Shown here: positions 21,492 to 24,389 of the stretch, piece after piece
Position numbering within the stretch: the first letter of the stretch is position 1
Layout: each line of letters starts with the position of its first letter
Origin: an uncultured archaeon
GTDB taxonomy: Archaea; Iainarchaeota; Iainarchaeia; Iainarchaeales; CSSED10-239
Assembly (NCBI GenBank): GCA_964586355.1
Contig: CAZPGO010000015.1
Coordinates: 1-24,389 of the forward strand
DNA length: 24,389 nucleotides
Direction: 5' to 3'
Program-made: the position numbers and the translations under genes
Notes under the pieces: generated by a model
Database searches by the model: none
What the model saw: the letters and a program-made list of their open reading frames with translations, nothing else
What the model was told of the DNA's origin: nothing

Positions 21492-22682
21492 ATGGAACAA
21501 ATACAATCAGAGTTAAATATTGGTGTTGTTGGTCATGTTGATCATGGAAAAACCACACTAACATCAAAATTAACTGGAACTAGAACAGATAAACATTCAG
21601 ATGAAATTAAGCAAGGTATATCTATAAAACTAGGTTATGCTGATGCAGAGTTTTATAAATGCAAAAAATGTAATGGTATTCAAGCATATGGAATTAAAAA
21701 AAAATGTGCACTTTGTGGATCTGATTGCGAATTAGTAAGAAAAGTTTCTTTTGTAGATGCTCCAGGTCATGAAACATTAATGGCGGTTATGCTTTCTGGT
21801 GCTACTTTGTTAAATGGTGCTATATTAGTAGTTGCTGCAAATGAAGATTGCCCACAACCAAGAACCGTAGAACATTTTTCTGCATTAAAAATGCATGGTA
21901 TAAAAAATATTGTTGTTTGTCAAAATAAAATAGACTTAGTTACAAAAGAAGAAGCTATTGAAAATTATAAAAAAATCAGAGAATTTTTAGATAATGAAGG
22001 ATATTCTCATGTGCCTATAATTCCAACATCAGCACATTTTGATACAAACATGGATGCTTTAGTTGGAGCTTTAGTAGAGTATATTCCAAAACCTAAATTA
22101 GATCACTCTGCCCCCCTAAAAATGAGAGTTGTTAGATCCTTTGATATAAATAAACCAGGTCAGGACATAAAAAACTTACAAGGTGGTGTTTTAGGAGGTT
22201 CTATCTTACAAGGAACCTTATCTGAAAAGCAAAAAGTTTGGTTATACCCTGGAATAGATAAGCCAATTGAGTTTACAGTAGAATCATTAAATTCAAATGG
22301 AATCTCTTTTAAGAAAGCACATGCTGGTGGTTTGATAGCTGTTGGTACAAATTTAGATCCATTTTTTATTTCTGGAGATAAGATGGTTGGACAGTTAATC
22401 TGTGTTTCTGAATCTAAGCCAAAGGTTGCTTTAGAATTGGATTTAATATATACTAAAATTGATAGATTATTAGAATCTAATAAAGAACCAATAAAAACAA
22501 GTGAAAATGTTGTTTTAATTATTGGATCTGCTGCGCATTTAGGAACAGTAAAAAAATATAAAAATAATCAGCTATTAATTTCTTTAAAAAAAGAAGCAGT
22601 TTATCATAAATCAGAAACCATAGCGATAAGTAGGTTAATTAATGGGCGTTGGAGATTATCTGGATATGCTGAAATTAAATAA
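21492..22682 (+). CDS. eif2g: Translation initiation factor aIF2 gamma subunit
   Basis: 396 aa. Contains NIGVVGHVDHGKTTL, DAPGHE and NKID, plus the characteristic zinc-ribbon insert CKKC...CALCG. Confidence 0.95.
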   Translation: MEQIQSELNIGVVGHVDHGKTTLTSKLTGTRTDKHSDEIKQGISIKLGYADAEFYKCKKCNGIQAYGIKKKCALCGSDCELVRKVSFVDAPGHETLMAVMLSGATLLNGAILVVAANEDCPQPRTVEHFSALKMHGIKNIVVCQNKIDLVTKEEAIENYKKIREFLDNEGYSHVPIIPTSAHFDTNMDALVGALVEYIPKPKLDHSAPLKMRVVRSFDINKPGQDIKNLQGGVLGGSILQGTLSEKQKVWLYPGIDKPIEFTVESLNSNGISFKKAHAGGLIAVGTNLDPFFISGDKMVGQLICVSESKPKVALELDLIYTKIDRLLESNKEPIKTSENVVLIIGSAAHLGTVKKYKNNQLLISLKKEAVYHKSETIAISRLINGRWRLSGYAEIK

Positions 22683-23076
22683 TAGAAGAAATAAAATATT
22701 AATTGATACAAATGTAATTGTTTATATGTTTGAGCAAAAAAAAGATGTTTTTGATTTTGCACAAAAAATAATTACTGATGCAGAATTTTTTATATTAGAT
22801 AAATCACTTAAAGAACTAGAAAAAGTATATAAAGTAAAACCAAAAAAATTAGAGCAAATAAAAAAATTTATAGATAAATTATTATTAGTAAATAAAATGA
22901 AAATATTAGACTGTTCTAAAGAAGTTTTAGAAAAGTTTGATAAAGTTGATAAAATGTTAATTTATTTTAGTAAAGAATATTTAATATACACAAATGATAG
23001 AAAACTAAAAGAGAAAATTTTAGAAAAAAACAGAAGAGTTTTAACACTAAGACTTCATGATGTTTATTTAAATTAA
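22666..23076 (+). CDS. PIN-domain protein, Fcf1/Utp24-like (putative rRNA-processing endonuclease)
   Basis: Has ILIDTNVIVYM (N-terminal acidic PIN residue) and IYTNDRKLKEKI (C-terminal T.D..L motif). It holds the conserved archaeal position between aIF2-gamma and Rpo7. The start may be ATG 22666 or ATG 22642, and both overlap the aIF2-gamma 3' end. Confidence 0.75.
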   Translation: MLKLNNRRNKILIDTNVIVYMFEQKKDVFDFAQKIITDAEFFILDKSLKELEKVYKVKPKKLEQIKKFIDKLLLVNKMKILDCSKEVLEKFDKVDKMLIYFSKEYLIYTNDRKLKEKILEKNRRVLTLRLHDVYLN

Positions 23077-23095
23077 AATAAAAAAGAGGATATAA

Positions 23096-23728
23096 ATGGG
23101 CTATAAAAAATATGTTTTGGAAGGAATTGCAAGTATTGCACCAGAAGGTATCTCTGGTGAGTTAAATGAAATAATTATAAATCAATTATCAAAAGAGTAC
23201 GAAGGAAATATAGAAAAAAATATAGGATTAATTATAGCTGTTACAGAATTAATAGAACATGATGTTGGCGAAATAATTCCTGGAGATCCAAATGTTTTTT
23301 TTAAAGTTAAATTTTCAGTAATTACATATTTGCCAAAACTACATGAAATAGTTAATGGTGTGGTAACACAAGCAACAGATTTTGGTGCTTTCTTAAAAAT
23401 TGGTCCTGTTGAAGGTTTGTGTCATGTATCCCAAGTTATGGATGATTTTAATTCTTATAATGGTGAATTACCTGGTTTTGAAGGTAAAGAATATAAACAA
23501 ACTTTAGTAATTGAAGATTTAGTTTTAACTAGAATTGCAAATGTTAGTTTAAAAGGAACAGTTGCAGACACAAAGATAGGTTTAACTATGAGACAATTTG
23601 GATTAGGAAAACCAGAATGGCAAACATCTACTGAAAAAAAAGAAAAAAAATCAGCAAAGAAAGAAAAGAAAACTACAACTAAAGAGATCTCAACAAAATC
23701 AAATAAAAAACCAAAATCAAAAAAATAA
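23096..23728 (+). CDS. rpoE: DNA-directed RNA polymerase subunit E' (Rpo7) with a Lys-rich C-terminal tail
   Basis: N-terminal Rpo7 domain plus an S1 fold (EIVNGVVTQATDFGAFLKIGPVEGLCHVSQVMDD). The last ~40 aa are KKEKK/T-rich. Confidence 0.9.
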   Translation: MGYKKYVLEGIASIAPEGISGELNEIIINQLSKEYEGNIEKNIGLIIAVTELIEHDVGEIIPGDPNVFFKVKFSVITYLPKLHEIVNGVVTQATDFGAFLKIGPVEGLCHVSQVMDDFNSYNGELPGFEGKEYKQTLVIEDLVLTRIANVSLKGTVADTKIGLTMRQFGLGKPEWQTSTEKKEKKSAKKEKKTTTKEISTKSNKKPKSKK

Positions 23729-23742
23729 AATCGTGATTTAGT

Positions 23743-23970
23743 ATGACTTATAAAGCATGTAGAAAATGCAGAAAAATAATAGAAGATGATGAGAACTTAA
23801 GTACATCAGATAAAAAAGAAATAATAAAAGAATGTCCTATTTGTTCTGGAACAACTTTTACCACTTTTTGGAAAGGTAATGCTTTGATTATTGATCCAGA
23901 AAAATCAGAAATTGCTGAAGCTATGGATGTTAAAACACCTGGAAGATATGCATTAAGATTAAGTAGATAA
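23743..23970 (+). CDS. spt4: Transcription elongation factor Spt4 (RpoE'')
   Basis: 75 aa. Zinc ribbon CRKC...CPIC, then FTTFWKGNALIIDPEKSEIAEAMDVKTPGRYALRL, the Spt4 NGN-binding signature. It follows Rpo7 as in most archaea. Confidence 0.9.
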   Translation: MTYKACRKCRKIIEDDENLSTSDKKEIIKECPICSGTTFTTFWKGNALIIDPEKSEIAEAMDVKTPGRYALRLSR

Positions 23971-23992
23971 AAATTAAAAAGAGGAATTAATT

Positions 23993-24389
23993 ATGAATAT
24001 AGAATTAGAAAAACAAAGAAATGATTTATTACACAGAACAAACATAATAGCAAAAATAACAGCAGTTAAAACCCCAGAGAGAAAAGAAGTCTTAAAAAAA
24101 GTTGCTGCTATGTTAGGTGTTGATGATAAATTAGTATCTATTGATACTATAAATCAAGAGTTTGGAAAACACAACTGTGTTGCTTATATAAAAGTTTATG
24201 ATGATATAAAATACTTAAAAAATTTAGAACAAGAATATAAATTAAAAAGAACTGGAGAATTAGAGGCCCCTAAGGAAGAAGTAAAAGAAGAAGCTCCTAA
24301 GGAAGAAGTAAAAGAAGAAGCTCCTAAAGAAGAAGTAAAAGAAGAAGCTCCTAAAGAAGAAGTAAAAGAAGAAGCTCCTAAAGAAGAAG
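23993..24389 (+). CDS. rps24e: 30S ribosomal protein eS24 (S24e), 3'-truncated by the window end, with a tandem-repeat C-terminal tail
   Basis: MNIELEKQRNDLLHRTNIIAKI...TPERKEVLKKVAAMLGVDDKLVSIDTINQEFGKHNCVAYIKVYDD is an eS24 core. From 24263 onward it is an in-frame (EEAPKEEVK)n repeat with no stop before the window ends. Confidence 0.9.
   Translation, partial: MNIELEKQRNDLLHRTNIIAKITAVKTPERKEVLKKVAAMLGVDDKLVSIDTINQEFGKHNCVAYIKVYDDIKYLKNLEQEYKLKRTGELEAPKEEVKEEAPKEEVKEEAPKEEVKEEAPKEEVKEEAPKEE
24263..24389 (+). repeat. In-frame coding tandem repeat with a 27-nt unit (EEAPKEEVK), at least 4.7 copies, running off the window end inside eS24
   Basis: Units lie at 24287-24313, 24314-24340 and 24341-24367, with a partial unit at 24368-24389 and a degenerate copy before them. 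The units differ only by aag/aaa. Confidence 0.95.

Noticed and set aside
22666-23076. The PIN-domain gene as a VapC toxin of a toxin-antitoxin module.
   Set aside because: There is no small antitoxin ORF upstream, and it overlaps the aIF2-gamma 3' end instead. The aIF2gamma-PIN-Rpo7-Spt4-eS24 arrangement is a conserved archaeal neighbourhood for the Fcf1/Utp24-like rRNA-processing PIN protein.
1-24389. An alternative genetic code (UGA or UAG reassignment), which is sometimes seen in reduced uncultivated lineages.
   Set aside because: TGA, TAA and TAG all terminate conserved genes at the expected C-termini. Examples are TGA for uL2, uS17, uL5, eL19, uL15, SecY and uS2, and TAG for uS19, uL24 and eL32. 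No conserved gene is interrupted by an in-frame stop.

Overview
This is a very AT-rich archaeal window, about 95% coding and almost all on the + strand. I count 46 protein genes and 1 tRNA. It joins three conserved archaeal translation/transcription gene clusters. (i) uL2(partial)-uS19-uL22-uS3-uL29-aSUI1-Rpp29-uS17-uL14-uL24-eS4-uL5-uS14-uS8-uL6-eL32-eL19-uL18-uS5-uL30-uL15-SecY-DUF106/YidC-like-eL34-eL14. (ii) uS13-uS4-uS11-RpoD-tRNA-Leu(UAA)-eL18-uL13-uS9-RpoN-uS2. (iii) L7Ae-eS28-eL24-aIF5B-eS6-aIF2gamma-PIN(Fcf1-like)-Rpo7-Spt4-eS24(partial). The only non-core insert lies between clusters ii and iii. It holds a TrmB-type regulator and a dCMP-deaminase-like gene, which is the only minus-strand gene. 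I see no mobile element, CRISPR array, toxin-antitoxin pair or defence module. I do not find a convincing new multi-gene system, because the window is core informational machinery. Five things do stand out. (1) Near-identical in-frame Lys/Glu/Pro tandem repeats form long C-terminal tails on two unrelated ribosomal proteins, L7Ae and eS24. Other charged low-complexity extensions occur on uS3, uS13, uS2, Rpo7 and eS6. (2) A Kt-7-like kink-turn hairpin candidate in the L7Ae leader overlaps its ribosome-binding site. (3) The metabolic genes that usually sit in these clusters (adk, cmk, ndk, eno) and rpoK are absent, and Rpp29 and eL14 are miniaturised. This fits a reduced-genome, DPANN-like archaeon, which is an inference. 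(4) A GGTGA-type Shine-Dalgarno motif precedes nearly every gene, and there are four ATGA stop/start overlaps. (5) RpoD carries two complete ferredoxin-type Cys motifs. Several ORF-track starts (GTG/TTG) are actually part of the GGTGA motif, so I moved them to the next ATG. Two small genes missing from the track (uS14, eL14-like) were found by hand translation.
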